Assembly: GCA_964016885.1 (NCBI GenBank)
Contig: OZ024742.1
Location: 112,158,001-112,222,000 of the forward strand
DNA length: 64,000 nucleotides
DNA from: Eledone cirrhosa
Taxonomy: Eukaryota
Reading direction: 5' to 3'
This document shows, piece after piece, positions 26,421 to 41,984 of the stretch (position 1 is the stretch's first letter; every line of letters starts with the position of its first letter). Both the position numbers and the translations under genes were made by a program. The notes below the pieces were generated by a model, which did not search any database, had not been told where the DNA came from, and saw only the letters and a list, made by a program, of their open reading frames with translations.

Positions 26421-27647
26421 GTATAGTACCTAAGCTCGATGGATTGTATTATAAAAGAGGGGAAGCGTTTGCTTCTTATCACTGGTTGTCGGGACACATT
26501 CTTCGCATAAATTTAGTCACATAACCTATCTGGAGAGACTTTAAAAATACGAACATTTGATCCGATGTTTCTGGGACGAATATTCCTAATTCGATTAATT
26601 AAAAATGTCCATTACTCTATTTATTCCACACAGAAAAATACGCATGCAAATCATGGTAAATACAGAAATGCAGGTGAGTAATTGGTCAAATTGAAGAGGA
26701 TATTTATAATAATAGTGTATGCAACATTAGAACGTATGAACACTATTCAATCATTATATTATACAATAATTATTATGAATGATTTGAATGCTCTGTGGTC
26801 AAGGGATTTGCAGAAGTTTTGCAAACAAGTGTATATTCATCATAGTTTGGATAACACGTAAATCTTCAGAGTGCAATTAACTTGAGGGAAAATAGCGCTG
26901 ACATGTGTTAGATCAACGTAGAATGCACTAGTTCTTTGTGTAGTAAGCTGAATCCTTCACAGATTTAAGACCACCATTAGCTGATGTTTGGATTTCTATA
27001 GAATAGTTGGTGTATTACTTTTCTAAATGACGACCAAATATTTGTTGAGAGAAAAATAATATGTAGATAAATTACATCCTAATGAAGCAGCACATAAGTT
27101 GCTGTCTACTTGATTTACCAGACACGGCACTACATGATATCTTTAATGTGCATTATTGGCGTGAAAAGCAAAGTAATTAGATGGTGTGGTATGTTTAATT
27201 AAACATATTCGTCAACCAAGGGCCATTTTAATCCATTCTTTCATGAGGTGCATGGGATGAACGATAGAGAACGAATTCTGTAAACCAATTCTGTAAACCA
27301 ATTCTGTAAACCAATTCTTCAAGAATAGCTGGTGGTACGCACATTGAGACTAAATAGATTGCATCATATATGGTGTTAAAATATTATTACAAAATAGTGT
27401 ATTAGGCATGTGTTAATGCCTTTTACATTGGGAGAAACACATTTTCGTTATGTTAACCAAGATATTCTGAAACATGAATTAAGGGCAAGTGCGTAGGCAA
27501 ACGATTAGTCATCGATTGGATATTTCCTATTTCTCTAAAGTCCTCATCATAATTTTTACTTGACTCTTCGAAGATTGTACAATTTCTCCATCAACACTAT
27601 GTTTTCTAATTGCTCAACTAGCCTTAGAATGAGGGGAATATGAGTTG

Positions 27648-27735
<88 letters not shown>

Positions 27736-27867
27736 GTATTTGAGTATTGGTAAAAATACTAGGATACAGATTTTGTTTAGCTTTTGTCAAATCAAATGCT
27801 ATCTAAATTTCTCACTCTCCCCCATCTCTCCTCTTACTCTCTTTCTCTCTCTCTCTCACTCTATCTC

Positions 27868-27913
<46 letters not shown>

Positions 27914-27923
27914 TGTATGTATG

Positions 27924-27986
<63 letters not shown>

Positions 27987-28138
27987 GTATATATATATAT
28001 ATATCACCACCCCACTCTCCAGAGCGTGAAATTAATAAACATTCGTTGTACTGCCTCTCTGTTTTGTTCCTGTTCAAATTTTTCCATTATATATATATAT
28101 ATATATATATAGTATTAATAATAATAAATTTGAAGACT

Positions 28139-28203
<65 letters not shown>

Positions 28204-28204
28204 G

Positions 28205-28435
28205 TTGATGGAGGGTCTGTGGTGTTTCTCACATGTGAGAAAAACCACAGACCCTCCATCAAAACACTACTTTTGAAAAGCAGAAGAACTGCGAAACCGG
28301 TAAAGGAACCAAATAAATATATATATCTTTTAAAAATAAGACTCCAAAGGCATGTTCGATTACATCTTTTTTTCTTTATACTTTCAATCGTGTAGGACAC
28401 CTCGGTTATTTTTCATTTTGTAAAAAAACCTCACT

Positions 28436-28438
<3 letters not shown>
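28205..28438 (+). mobile_element. Short hammerhead-bearing insertion (family H1) in (TA)n, with a 58-nt terminal fold-back
   Basis: Near-perfect palindrome 28205-28262, then a hammerhead. Homologous to 32670-32872, 62146-62280 and 62339-62537. Confidence 0.8.
28270..28305 (+). ncRNA. Hammerhead ribozyme, U3:A8 variant
   Basis: CTT-TTGAAAA-GCAG-AAGAA-CTGC-GAAA-CCGG-TA-AAG. Confidence 0.75.
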
Positions 28439-28519
<81 letters not shown>

Positions 28520-28537
28520 TATACATATATATATAAA

Positions 28538-28960
28538 TACGAAAATGAAAGTGTATAAGGCAGTCGTTCTCACCACATTGTTTTATGGGTCAGAATCCTG
28601 GATACCGTTCCCACATAAACCAGCTGGATGTGTTCCACAAGGGATGCTTGAGATCCATCTGTGGTCTTGTACGAGAAAATAAAATCTCAAACGCCGATAT
28701 CCTAACCAAATGCAACATTAGGGGAATTGAAAGTTTCCCTATGCATTCTCAGCTTCGTTGGGCTGGCCATGTCATCCGCATGAGTAACGACATAATTCCC
28801 AAATCCTCATGTATGGTCAGCTTAGAAGCGGAAACAGGTAGGTAGGTAGATCATGGATACGATATGAGAACATGTTAAAATCAAATCTCATTGCTATGGC
28901 AATCTGTCTCTGTGATTGCGAACAAATTGCTGCCGAGAGAAAGGAGAAAGGAATGGAGGG
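28538..28960 (+). mobile_element. RTE-clade LINE 3' fragment
   Basis: [43 protein letters not shown]. Confidence 0.88.
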
Positions 28961-29209
28961 AAAGGTGTCATAGTGCGATCAATAGCTTTGAATCCAGTCC
29001 TATAGAGAAATTGTGTGTTGATCGAACAGGGACGAAGTAACGTGCCTTGATACCTGTAAGACTCTCCATAAACATTTGCTTTGCGGCCTATGTAGATTGG
29101 TCTGTGGGTCAGTGGCGGGATTGATATGTTACATGAGACACCGCCATCCACCCAGAGAGCTGGACGTTTCTTGGACACTCATACGTCGGATATCGACGAG
29201 AATGTCCAT

Positions 29210-29312
<103 letters not shown>

Positions 29313-29401
29313 TACACACATATATATATTTATTACACACACACGCACATATGTATATATATATAAATCCATAATTAAATATATATATATACATATATAT
29401 C

Positions 29402-29990
29402 TAGTTCTGATATGTCATATTAATACCATTGAACAACCATAGTATCATAGACTCCCTATATATTTCCAGGGGGACTTAGTACCTGTGGGGATATTAACCT
29501 CTTGTAATATTCTCCGTTATGTAGAGAACAAATCTGTTGTTCTATTTAGCTGTTATTTTTAGTGGCGAGATAGACAACACGTCTATGTTTACTTCCGCTT
29601 CTACTAAGGGCTGGTTCATGCATAGCTCAAATTTTCGGCCCCATTCGATCCTGTGCTAGCTGGCAGATGGCAATATATTTTGCCGCTCCCGGAGCTTTTT
29701 GTCCTAGGAAAGGAAAATGCTTTCTGATGATCTAAACTTTTCCATTGGAGATCCCTAGGGATCTCCAATCTTTTGTGAAGTGAAACCGTTCGGTAAAAGC
29801 AATTGGAATAGGTAAATATTTAAATTATATTTTTTAATTTATTTAATAAAATTGTTTGAATCTTGCTTGCTCCGCTTATCTCAATTTTATAGTTCTGGTA
29901 TGTCAAATTAATACCATTGAAAAACCATTGTATCATAGACACCCTATATATTTCCAGGGGTACTTAGTACCTGTGGGGATATTAACTTCT
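29402..29990. repeat. About 100-bp direct repeats (29402-29502, 29890-29990) flanking a hammerhead-containing segment
   Basis: Direct alignment TAGTTCTG...GGGATATTAAC. Confidence 0.8.
29718..29801 (+). ncRNA. Type I hammerhead ribozyme with extended stem II
   Basis: TGCTTT-CTGATGA-...ATTGGAGATCCCTAGGGATCTCCAAT...-GAAA-CCGTTCGG-TA-AAAGCA. Confidence 0.8.
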
Positions 29991-30003
29991 TTTATATATA
30001 TAT

Positions 30004-31098
<1,095 letters not shown>

Positions 31099-31196
31099 TA
31101 AAGAGTTAAACAAGATTCAATGAGTACATCAACTATTGAGTTTTACAATAGATTGGAAGCACTCTACATTTAATATTTTCCAGAGTTATTAATATT

Positions 31197-31424
31197 AATT
31201 CAAATATAACAAAATAGATATTCTTGTGATCAATTAAATTGTATTATACATATTTCAGAGGTACTGAATTAAGTTCAACAGTACGTCCTCATCAGAAAAA
31301 ATAAAATGATACATGACATACCCTGAAATGGTAGATGGTTAATATTTAATCAAGGTAGTGTACCTCTGAAATATGTATAATAAAATTTAATTGATCACAA
31401 GAATATCTATTTTGTTAATATTGG

Positions 31425-31428
<4 letters not shown>
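31197..31428 (-). mobile_element. Short fold-back insertion with a hammerhead at about 31238-31301 (minus)
   Basis: Arms 31197-31264 and 31360-31428 are inverted; CTGATGA-GGACGTACTG...CAGTACCTCT-GAAA-TATGTA-TA. Confidence 0.65.
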
Positions 31429-31474
<46 letters not shown>

Positions 31475-31486
31475 ATATATATATTT

Positions 31487-31660
31487 AATAATTGTTTCTA
31501 CTTTTGGCACCAGGCGAGCAATTATCCCAGTGCATTTCTGGTACTTTATTTTATCGACCCCGTAGGGATAAAAGGCAAAGTTAACCTCGGCGGGATTTGA
31601 ACTCAGATCATAAAGGCTTCAAAGCATGGCGCCCGACCCTCTACCAATACTGCCAATCCC
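31487..31660 (-). mobile_element. tRNA-derived SINE
   Basis: Reverse complement of the 8458 family. Confidence 0.85.
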
Positions 31661-31807
31661 AATGCTGGTTGAGTAGGTCCGGTGCAGAGGCTCATGGAAC
31701 CGTTATACAGAAACCTGTGATGTGATACACATTTCAGTAGCGTTTGTATTTACATGATGCATTGATCACGGAAAAAGTAACGTGTTTTTATGAGGCAGTA
31801 TATTATG

Positions 31808-32668
<861 letters not shown>

Positions 32669-32669
32669 T

Positions 32670-32870
32670 AAGTGAGGTTTTTTTTACAAAATGAAAAATA
32701 ACCGAGGTGTCCTACACGAGTGACAGTATAAAGAAAAACCAGATGAAATCGAAAATGCAACTGGAGTCTTATTTTTAAAAAATATATATATATTTATTTG
32801 GTTCCTTTACCAGTTTCGCAGTTCTTCTGCTTTCCAAAAGTAGAGTTTTGATGGAGGGTCTGTGGTTTTT

Positions 32871-32872
<2 letters not shown>
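32670..32872 (-). mobile_element. Family H1 insertion with a mutated hammerhead at 32805-32840
   Basis: Reverse complement of 28240-28438; core reads TTGGAAA. Confidence 0.8.
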
Positions 32873-32904
<32 letters not shown>

Positions 32905-33152
32905 TATATATATATATATATATATATGCATATATATATTGTAAGTGGTCAAGTAACATGAGTATGTGGACGATATCGAGCTATAATATGTTATGTCTTC
33001 CAATAACTTTATAATTATCTTGCAGATTTTCACATTTATATTCCGTTACTCTCTTCATTACACTTGCGATATCCGTTGTGATTGAAAATGTTTTTTTCAA
33101 ACACACAAACATACACCCACCACATACATACACCCCACCCACATACATATGG

Positions 33153-33191
<39 letters not shown>

Positions 33192-34495
33192 CTAGCATTA
33201 AAGCCCGGCGTTGCTCTGGGTCATTAAGTTACCAAAGTTATGTTGCACCACCCATTTTATGGCAGCACTTTTTTGTCTGCCAGGCACTGGGTTTGCAGAC
33301 CTGGAAGCATGAGCTGCGCCAGCAGTGACAATTGTAGTTTCGCTTAAGGATATTATCTCTGTGCAAAAAGTGTTGAAATTTATTTTTTCACAGTACTTGC
33401 GCAACACGCGCGTAGACGATGCCAGCCGAACAACAGAGCTGCGATGGAGTTGTTCTGCATGGTTGTCTGTGTGTTTTCTAAATTTAAGACAGTAGGGAGG
33501 GTTGTGATATGAAGTAGAGTTAGCTGTTGTTTCTAGCAAGTTTAGTGACCTCATAGAGGATATGTGTTTTCTAAATTTAAGAGAGTAGGGAGTGGTGTGA
33601 TATGGGGGAGAGTTAGCTGCTGTTTCTAGCAGGTTTAGCGACCTCATAGAGGATATGTTTTCTAAATGTAAGACAGTAGGGAGGGGTGTGCTATGGGGGA
33701 GAGTTAGCTGCTGTTTCTAGCAGGTTTAGTGACATCATAGAAGATATGTTTTCTAAATTTAAGACAGTAGGGAGTGGTGTGTAATGTGTGTAAAGTGTAT
33801 TGAAACGTGAGTTAAAAGAAAGAAAATGAAGTGAGATTTGTAAGAAAGGAAGTTGTTTACGTACAAGCGAAAATATTTGTGTAAAGTGTATAGAAACGTA
33901 AATTGAAACAAATAAAATGAACTGACATTTTTAAGAAAGGAATTTGTTTACGTACATGTTGCAAATGGCAACTGTTTGTGGTTATGAATCCCGCGCGTTG
34001 TTTAATTGAAGTGAGTGTGTGTTTGTATGCGTTTGGAAATAAATCAATAAGTTTGAATTCCCGCACGTTGTTTAATTGAAGTGAGTGTGTGTTTGTATGC
34101 GTTTGGAAATAAATCAGTAAGTTTGAAGTATAAAAGAGAAAGTAGCAAAATGTGTGTGTTGTAGATAGAAGAGGAGAGCAGATGATATTATAGAGTAAAA
34201 CGGACAGCATCAGCATCAAGCTTGGAAAGCGAAAGTAGCAGAAAGTATGAAGTTGTATAGATTTTTAATGGTAGTGGAAAGAGTTTAGCAGTTTAAATGA
34301 CAGAGAAAAATCGTAAAATATTGAGTTTTATCTATTTTTTGCGTAATTGTGGGTGAAATTGAAAAAATTATCTGCGTCTAGACGCAATCAAAACTATTTC
34401 GTATACTGAGTGGTAAATTTCAATTGAATAAATTCTATATCGTAGATTTCTATAACGAAGGAGCTTCACCACACACTGAGCTTTATAGATTATGA
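33192..34495 (-). mobile_element. Non-autonomous Helitron with internal minisatellites
   Basis: Minus strand starts A|TC and ends with GC hairpin CCCAGAGCAACGCCGGG, an 8-nt spacer and CTAG|T. Internal repeats: about 99 bp x3 (33475-33780) and about 60 bp x2 (33988-34127). Confidence 0.7.
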
Positions 34496-34602
34496 TATAT
34501 ATACATACACACACACACATATATATATATATGAAATGTCTCCGTAGGAAGGGTAAATGAAAGGAGAGTGCTCTATGTAAGTTACAGAGCTATATAATTA
34601 TG

Positions 34603-34764
34603 TAATAAACAACATAAGACAATTATTCCATTTACCAAACGTTTCGCGAGAGAGACGAGACCAACAGAGACGTCTTTCTGATGAGCGATTCCAAACGTTT
34701 CTGTTGGGCTCGTATATCTTCGTGAAACCTTTGGTAAATTGAATATGTCTTATGTTATTTATTA
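34603..34764 (+). mobile_element. Degenerate fold-back with a partial hammerhead
   Basis: Inverted arms; CTGATGA-GCGA at 34678 and TCGY-GAAA-C(G/C)TT in the arms; stem I not recoverable. Confidence 0.45.
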
Positions 34765-35000
34765 TATATATATATAGTAATAATAATACATTTGAAACTA
34801 AAATCCAAAGAGGGCTTTATAAGGATAAATATATATCAAATATATTATATAAGAACCGTAGAGCAACTATTTATTAAAATAACAGATTAAAGTTTAAGCA
34901 AAGAATCGATGCTTTCACCCTTAACGGGATCTTCTGAAACTATATATATATATACATACATATAGTGGTATCCATCTATATATATATATATATATATATA

Positions 35001-35177
<177 letters not shown>

Positions 35178-35632
35178 TGTTTCGGAGAGTGACAAACCTT
35201 TCTCTCACTATGAATATCATATTTATGATTGGGAACTTCGTTGGTCACCTACATATTTTTATTTTCGGTCAATTCACGTGATATTTTTAGCAATGCAACC
35301 GAGGGAACCCTTAGCTTTAATTGGAACTTCAATTCGAATGTGAACAAATTATATAACTTTATGCCATTCACATACACATATATGTATGTATATTTGTACT
35401 TATGAATATATATATGTATGTATGTATGTACGTGTGCATTTACGCGTGTGTGTATGTATGAAGGTATGTATGTAATGAAGCAGGTGGCACAGTTTCCTCC
35501 AAATCACGGGACTGGTCCGATGAAAGTTACCAAACAATATATGCGATCCCTACCACCAAGAACAATATGCGAAATCGTAATGCGCATAATAAAATATATG
35601 GAACTCTTTTAACCATGTTTTAATTTCTTCTT

Positions 35633-35668
<36 letters not shown>

Positions 35669-37784
35669 ATAAATTAACGGAGCCATAGCCTCTCGTTATT
35701 CCCTGTCAATAATGTGCTCAAGCGAAAAGGAATCCTGAGCTATATATACATATATACTATATAGGCAGGTTAACATTCCCTTCGTCAGAAATACGTATAT
35801 ATATATATACATATATGTATGTGTGTAGGCAGGAATTGGAGATGTCATATCAATATCAACGCCTAAGTTTGAACAAGAGATCATATCTGCACCTCTGCAA
35901 TCATACTTCAAAGTATCATGGACATCCGTCGACATATATATAATGCAAAAACTGAACATGAATGTAAAACTAAGTAAAATGATTGTTTCCTTTTTTGACA
36001 TAATTTTTCATGTGTTTATGGTGATAAAAATGGCAGTTATAAACGTCCATGTCCTATTAGTAGAAATTTAGTGGAGTATAAATATCCGCTAATTAATATA
36101 CAGAGACTTAGAATTGTAAAATGTTGTAAATTGTTCAGTTGTAAAATTATCAATTAATTATTCTGAAAAATGAATAAGCTTAAAGCTACTTCATAGAAGC
36201 AAATCTATTGTATTAATAAAAGCTGTTTCAAGCAACATTTAAATGAATATCATTATAAACAATTATCTTATAGATTTCTATTGAAATTTCTTTGACACAG
36301 AAGATTAAATCTGTGTCTCATAGTCGACAGTATGCTAAAATATTAGACATTTAACGTGGTTATATTATAGGTCTCAATGATAGAATTATGTGCTCACAAT
36401 TCATTGACTTCTATAAAATATTAGGACAATTTGCAGATTTTAAATTAATCTCTTGGGTTGCTCGCTGATTAGTTATATCGAGTCATTTTACAAATACACT
36501 TCAAACATTTATAGTTCATGGGCGAGATTTAATCAAATGCTATCATATATTATAAAGGAATCGTATATATTATAAACGTAGTATTCTGATGAAAATCATA
36601 AACCAGATATTAGTTCTTTTTAAGCACATAAACATGTATTCTCATATATACATTACTCATTCCTATCTGAATGTGAATAATTATACTCAGGATGTGGAGA
36701 CACATCCGAAAGATCGCATACCTATATACTATCTTAATATGTGGATCGAATCAGCGAATTCGATGCTAAATATTTGCTCCATTTTATAAATTGCAAATAT
36801 TTCCCTCCTCAAACAATAAACTACCATATTAGGAAATATGGGCACATTGTATTAAACTGTTCGTAACATTCTACACCACTTCTTGATATTAACAAATGAA
36901 ACACTCCATACGTTCAGAATTAGCTTTATAACAAAACAACTTTAAAGAGATATTCGGCAAATCAAAACAAGAAATTTATTTCAAATACTAATACAGAATT
37001 TATATAGAATTAGCATCATTCATATATATGAATAACAACGGTGACGTTTATATTAGAGAGGGAGGAAACTACGATGACACAGTCGACTCGAAGACAAAAG
37101 CACAATTAACGAAGACATCGTCATATGCTTCCTGTGAAAATCAATATTATAGCTAACGTTAATTTGGTAAAAATATCAAATCATATATGTGTCCGGAAAT
37201 CTAGAAATAGTATAGAATATGTATTGCTAGACAATATCATTAGACAATAGCAATAGTGATGGGTACATTATAGCTGAATCCTTCAAGAGAATATTACAAT
37301 TGTGACACATAATTCTAACTTAGCAACTAACCCAAAGCTTACGTTGATTAAAATATTGGTATCATCTCCTACAATTAGTTGCATAGCTTCGAGAAATAAC
37401 ACCAGGAGACACGAAACTCAAGAGAACACGTACCTCAAGAGAACAATATTATTACTTTCGTTTGTTAATAAGATAATATGATATATAAGCATACATCTAG
37501 TATAAGGCAATTTCAATATAATCTATGAGGTCTAATCAGCATTTGACCTTGATTTGAGTGAGATCTATAATAATATAATGTAGAATTATATTGCAATAAT
37601 AATGTATACTAAAACCCTAACGGGTGCAGCAATGATTTCAACTGGTACTAAACATACTAACTAATTGGTGCATTGGTCAGGAAATAATGATTTTATAGGT
37701 CACTACATTTTGTAACTTTCTGAAAATACGATTGGCGCCATTAATATTGTTTATCTCTGTTAGTCTGATATCGTATTTCACGTG

Positions 37785-37829
<45 letters not shown>

Positions 37830-37832
<3 letters not shown>

Positions 37833-38166
37833 ATATTAATAAATGGAAACTATATTTATAAACCATAATTATTTTATTATATATATTTCAAGAGCAACCA
37901 AGGCAGTCTTAGTGCGCTTTCATCAGATAAAATACAAAATGTGTTTCATAAATCGTGACATACCCGTGGAAAACAACCTTGACGGTTGAAAACTATCCAC
38001 CGATTTTCAACCGTCAAGGTTGTTTTCCACGGGTATGTCACTATTTATAAACACATTTTGTATTTTATCTGATGAAAGCGCACTAAGGCTGCCTCGGTTG
38101 CCCTTGAAATATATATAATAACATAATTATGTTTTTATAAATATAGTTTCCATTTATTAATATATT
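37830..38166. mobile_element. About 335-bp fold-back with a hammerhead in each arm (37870-37934 minus; 38061-38125 plus)
   Basis: About 160-bp arms and a short loop near 37993-38003; TATTTTAT-CTGATGA-AAG...CTT-GAAA-TATATA-TA-ATAAAATA. Confidence 0.85.
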
Positions 38167-39877
38167 GAATATTTACTCCAGTAATATATCGAGTACTCCA
38201 TGTCAGTTATACATTTTTAAGTTTGTTGGAATCCCAACAAATTAAATCTAACTTCTGTATATAAATATATATATATATAAATCTAACAGTATAGTACTAG
38301 GAGAAAGAAACAACTGGGCAAGAAGTAAAGGTGAGAGGAGAACGATTTATTTAGTATCCGTTATATACTAACCCCTTAAATTTATAATTTCTCCGTGATG
38401 TTCCACTTGGATACTGTATATTGAACTCGCAAATTGGACTGTTACCGTACCTTCTGCAATGACCATGTCGAGAAAAAATACTTTGGGAGACAATCTTCCT
38501 TATATATATTTTGGCACATTGATTCACACAAACAAATTTAAACCTGACATATCTTCATGTATATTGCTGCTCTATGTATTTGTGTACCGTGTTAACATTA
38601 TCATTTAACCTTTTCTATAAAAATGTGTTCGTCATATCATACACTACAACAATAGGTGAGAACATTTTATTTTAACTACATTGTTATTTTAAAAGAAAAT
38701 GCAGTACTTGTGTGACAGCAGTATCGCGTCATATACTAAACATTTGAAATCTTATGATTATATTACCTATTACCATTTACGACTTTATAATCCAAATTAT
38801 TATATTGGACAACATATTAGGCAGGCCGCCAAACAAAGTAAGTGGAGTTAATTTGTTATTTATTTTCTATTGCTAAAGTGACTTGTTGCACATGGATAAT
38901 ATATACGTGAACTACCTTCGTATTTCGAATTGGTATTGAAATCAACTGTGCATATAATATAGCTTCTCGTTGCCGCCATTCTGCTAATGTATTAGTTGAA
39001 TAAATGTCGTTATAAATTACATGATATATATGTTAAATCGTCAAATAACTCTATCAAAGTTTAAGACAATTTGTAAGTATCAAATTACGTATTTGTGTTC
39101 AAGGACTATTAATTCCTGTACACGGTATTTTACAAATACAATTTAAATATTCGTAATTCATATGTGGGCATGAATGAAAGCTTATAATTTATTTTAATTG
39201 ATTCATGTATTTAACACCAATGTTATTATCATTAAAATCACAAAAGCAAATTATTTACAAATATTGAATAATTAGATAAAGTTAAAACATATATGAATAG
39301 AAAGATATATGTTATAAATATATGATTATTCATATACACATATGTTAAGAACATGAGGGATTTAGTAGTTCATTGTTCTCAGTGTATACATCCAGTTTAT
39401 ATATCCAACTTATTTCATTATGGTGGGCGAATTGACGGGTACTTGAGACCCTCGGTCAGATTGCCTTGCTAGATTCATTTCGGCACTGTTTTCTCTGAAT
39501 ATGATGTAGCTAAAATAGTATTAATATTTGTTCCTTTCGAGGTTCTCGTTCTTTATCTCTGTCTCTCACATTCTCCTCTCTCTTTCTTCGTATCCTACAT
39601 TTTTATGGGCAGAGTCTCCTCATCCTCTATTTCACTTTCACAGTTTCTCTCTTTCTCCACTTTCCGGAATTAATCAAGTACATCTAGATATGGGGATTAA
39701 TGGGCTATACGAGGTTATTATGGAGCCTCTCCAACTCCACCATAATTCCTATGAAATGTGCATATTATATAATGTCCCTGAAATATAAAATCTGGCGATC
39801 AAAGCAAATGGATATCTTCTAATTAGTCGTTGGAGCTGCAATATATAGCAGCCAACGATTCCTTCACATCACACACA

Positions 39878-40066
39878 TCGTGGATTGGCAGTATTGGTAG
39901 AGGGTCAGACACCATGCTTTGACGCATAGAGTTACGACCCTTATCATTCTGAGTTCAAATCCTGCCGAGGTTAACTTTGCCTTTCATCCTTATGGGGTCG
40001 ATAAAATAAAGTACTAGTAATGCACTGGGTAATTGCTGGCCTTGTGCCAAAAGTAGAAACAATTAT
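39878..40066 (+). mobile_element. tRNA-derived SINE
   Basis: Same family as 8458; A box, B box and tail present. Confidence 0.85.
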
Positions 40067-41984
40067 TAATAGAAATGAAAAGAATCGTTGAAATAAAAAC
40101 TGAACGATTTTGACAAGGACATCTAAAGTCAGGTCAAACCGTCTCTCGGGCAATGTTACAAATCCCTTCGTCCACATATACATTTCGAATTTAATGATAT
40201 TTGATCCCTGTTGAATACGTCTTGTGATCTTCCGAACAGTATTTAAAATAAAATATAAAATTAGATATATTGATACATTCGCATAAACACTTGTTTATTA
40301 GCCAAACCATTCCAAATTCACTGGTAGTCTCTGTGATTGCGAATGGATAAATAATAGGTTTGTTGGATGATAGGTCTCCTGGAACTAAGGAACTAGAATA
40401 TAATGCTTTGCTATTCATAGTTAAATGCTTTATGTATCTACTCTAAATCTTATATGCAGTATTACACCAGTGGACTGGTAATAATAAACAATAAAATTAT
40501 GGAGATCAATCAGGTGATATCTGGCATTCATTTATTTGAGGAAGTAATTAAATTCATAGTTACATATGCAAGCAAATCTCTAAGAATATAAATTAATCAC
40601 TAAAATAACCAGCTTATATCTATATGCATGGGTAATATAATGAAATAAATTGAACAAAGCAATAAATCAAATTTTGTAGAGGCAAATACTAATATTTCTC
40701 TCAATTAATTTTCCAAGAAAATATTAATGTTTTGTATTCATTGGAAATATTTTACGTTTATGGAAACTAAATGTTATTGGCAAAAATGTCGATTTTCTTA
40801 TTCATCATACAATGATGTTACCCATATAATCTCTTAGAATGTACGCTAATATTTGATATTTTATAGAAAATATATATCATACAATATAACTTTTGTAAAC
40901 AGAAAAGTTTGAATAATTTTTACAAATACTGAGATTGGCAATTGAAACATTTTCTCGTTATCGAATTTATTTTGTTGACAAATCATCTCTAAATACATTA
41001 CTGATGATTCCTCAGTCTAATATTGGGAAATTCAGTGAAATATCTGTTATTACGTTATTTGAATAAAGTAAATGAGAGTTAGAGTTTTACTGTATAACAA
41101 CATCCGAAGAGTTTTTTCTTTATATATTTAAATTTCTAACACGAAACGATGACATTTGTATAAGTAAATGTTATACTTTCATACATAACTGTAGTTCAAC
41201 TTCTTCAGATATATCATATGGGATATTTGTAAATATTCTCAAACGCGATTGGTACAAATATTTCTAGTAACGACTTTTTCAATGAGGTTCTTTCTATAAA
41301 TATATATACATACTGTTTAATTTAACCGGTTTAAGCTGTCGGACCACCATTGGCCTAATACACTTTCAAATATGCATTTCACTACTGTATCAAATGTCAG
41401 ACATTGCAGCATATATATTATGGTTGGCGTATTCTTTTAATTTGTCAATACAGACTTAGGATAACAATTCAAATCATACCAAAGATGTGGTATTTACAAA
41501 CATACTGATTCAATCGACATGCGCTCTATATCCTAGTTCATTCTGTAGCCGACAAATAATATCACCCTAGATATTAATGTATACAAGATAACTGACAAAC
41601 TGTATTATTTAAAACTCCAAATTAGAGTTATGGACATATTAAAATATCAATTGTTGACTTCCATTATATCAAACTATTCAGGAGATAGATACAACTGTTT
41701 GCCACATTATGTGCAATATATAGACTCCCAAATTAACTGCTGTAACTCATATAAAAGAAATGTTAATATATTGTAAATGTATATTGATATAACTTTGAAA
41801 AAGGTGATCAAATCTTTAGGACACCAGACTCCACTTCATTCAGTTGGCTAAATTGTTTGCTTCTTTACACTATTACGTACATCGCTAATAAACATTTTTT
41901 TGGTACACATACCATCCAAACCGGTCATACATATAATATTGCACATTGTTTGAACCGATTCGTCTCATCAACATTTAGCACAAA

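Noticed and set aside
27274-27318. 13-bp unit repeated three times
   Set aside because: Ordinary slippage duplication.
33475-33780. Regularly spaced repeats, CRISPR-like at first sight
   Set aside because: Whole 99-bp units repeat with no unique spacers; eukaryotic minisatellite.
34895-34940. CAGAAGA-TCCCGTTAAGGGT-GAAA on the minus strand
   Set aside because: U4 mutated and no stem I partner; too weak to call.
35715-35795. CTGACGA-AGG...CCTT on the minus strand
   Set aside because: No GAAA or cleavage triplet follows.
37830-38166. Editing-like bias in this fold-back
   Set aside because: Few mismatches of mixed types; serves as a negative control for 60276-60568.
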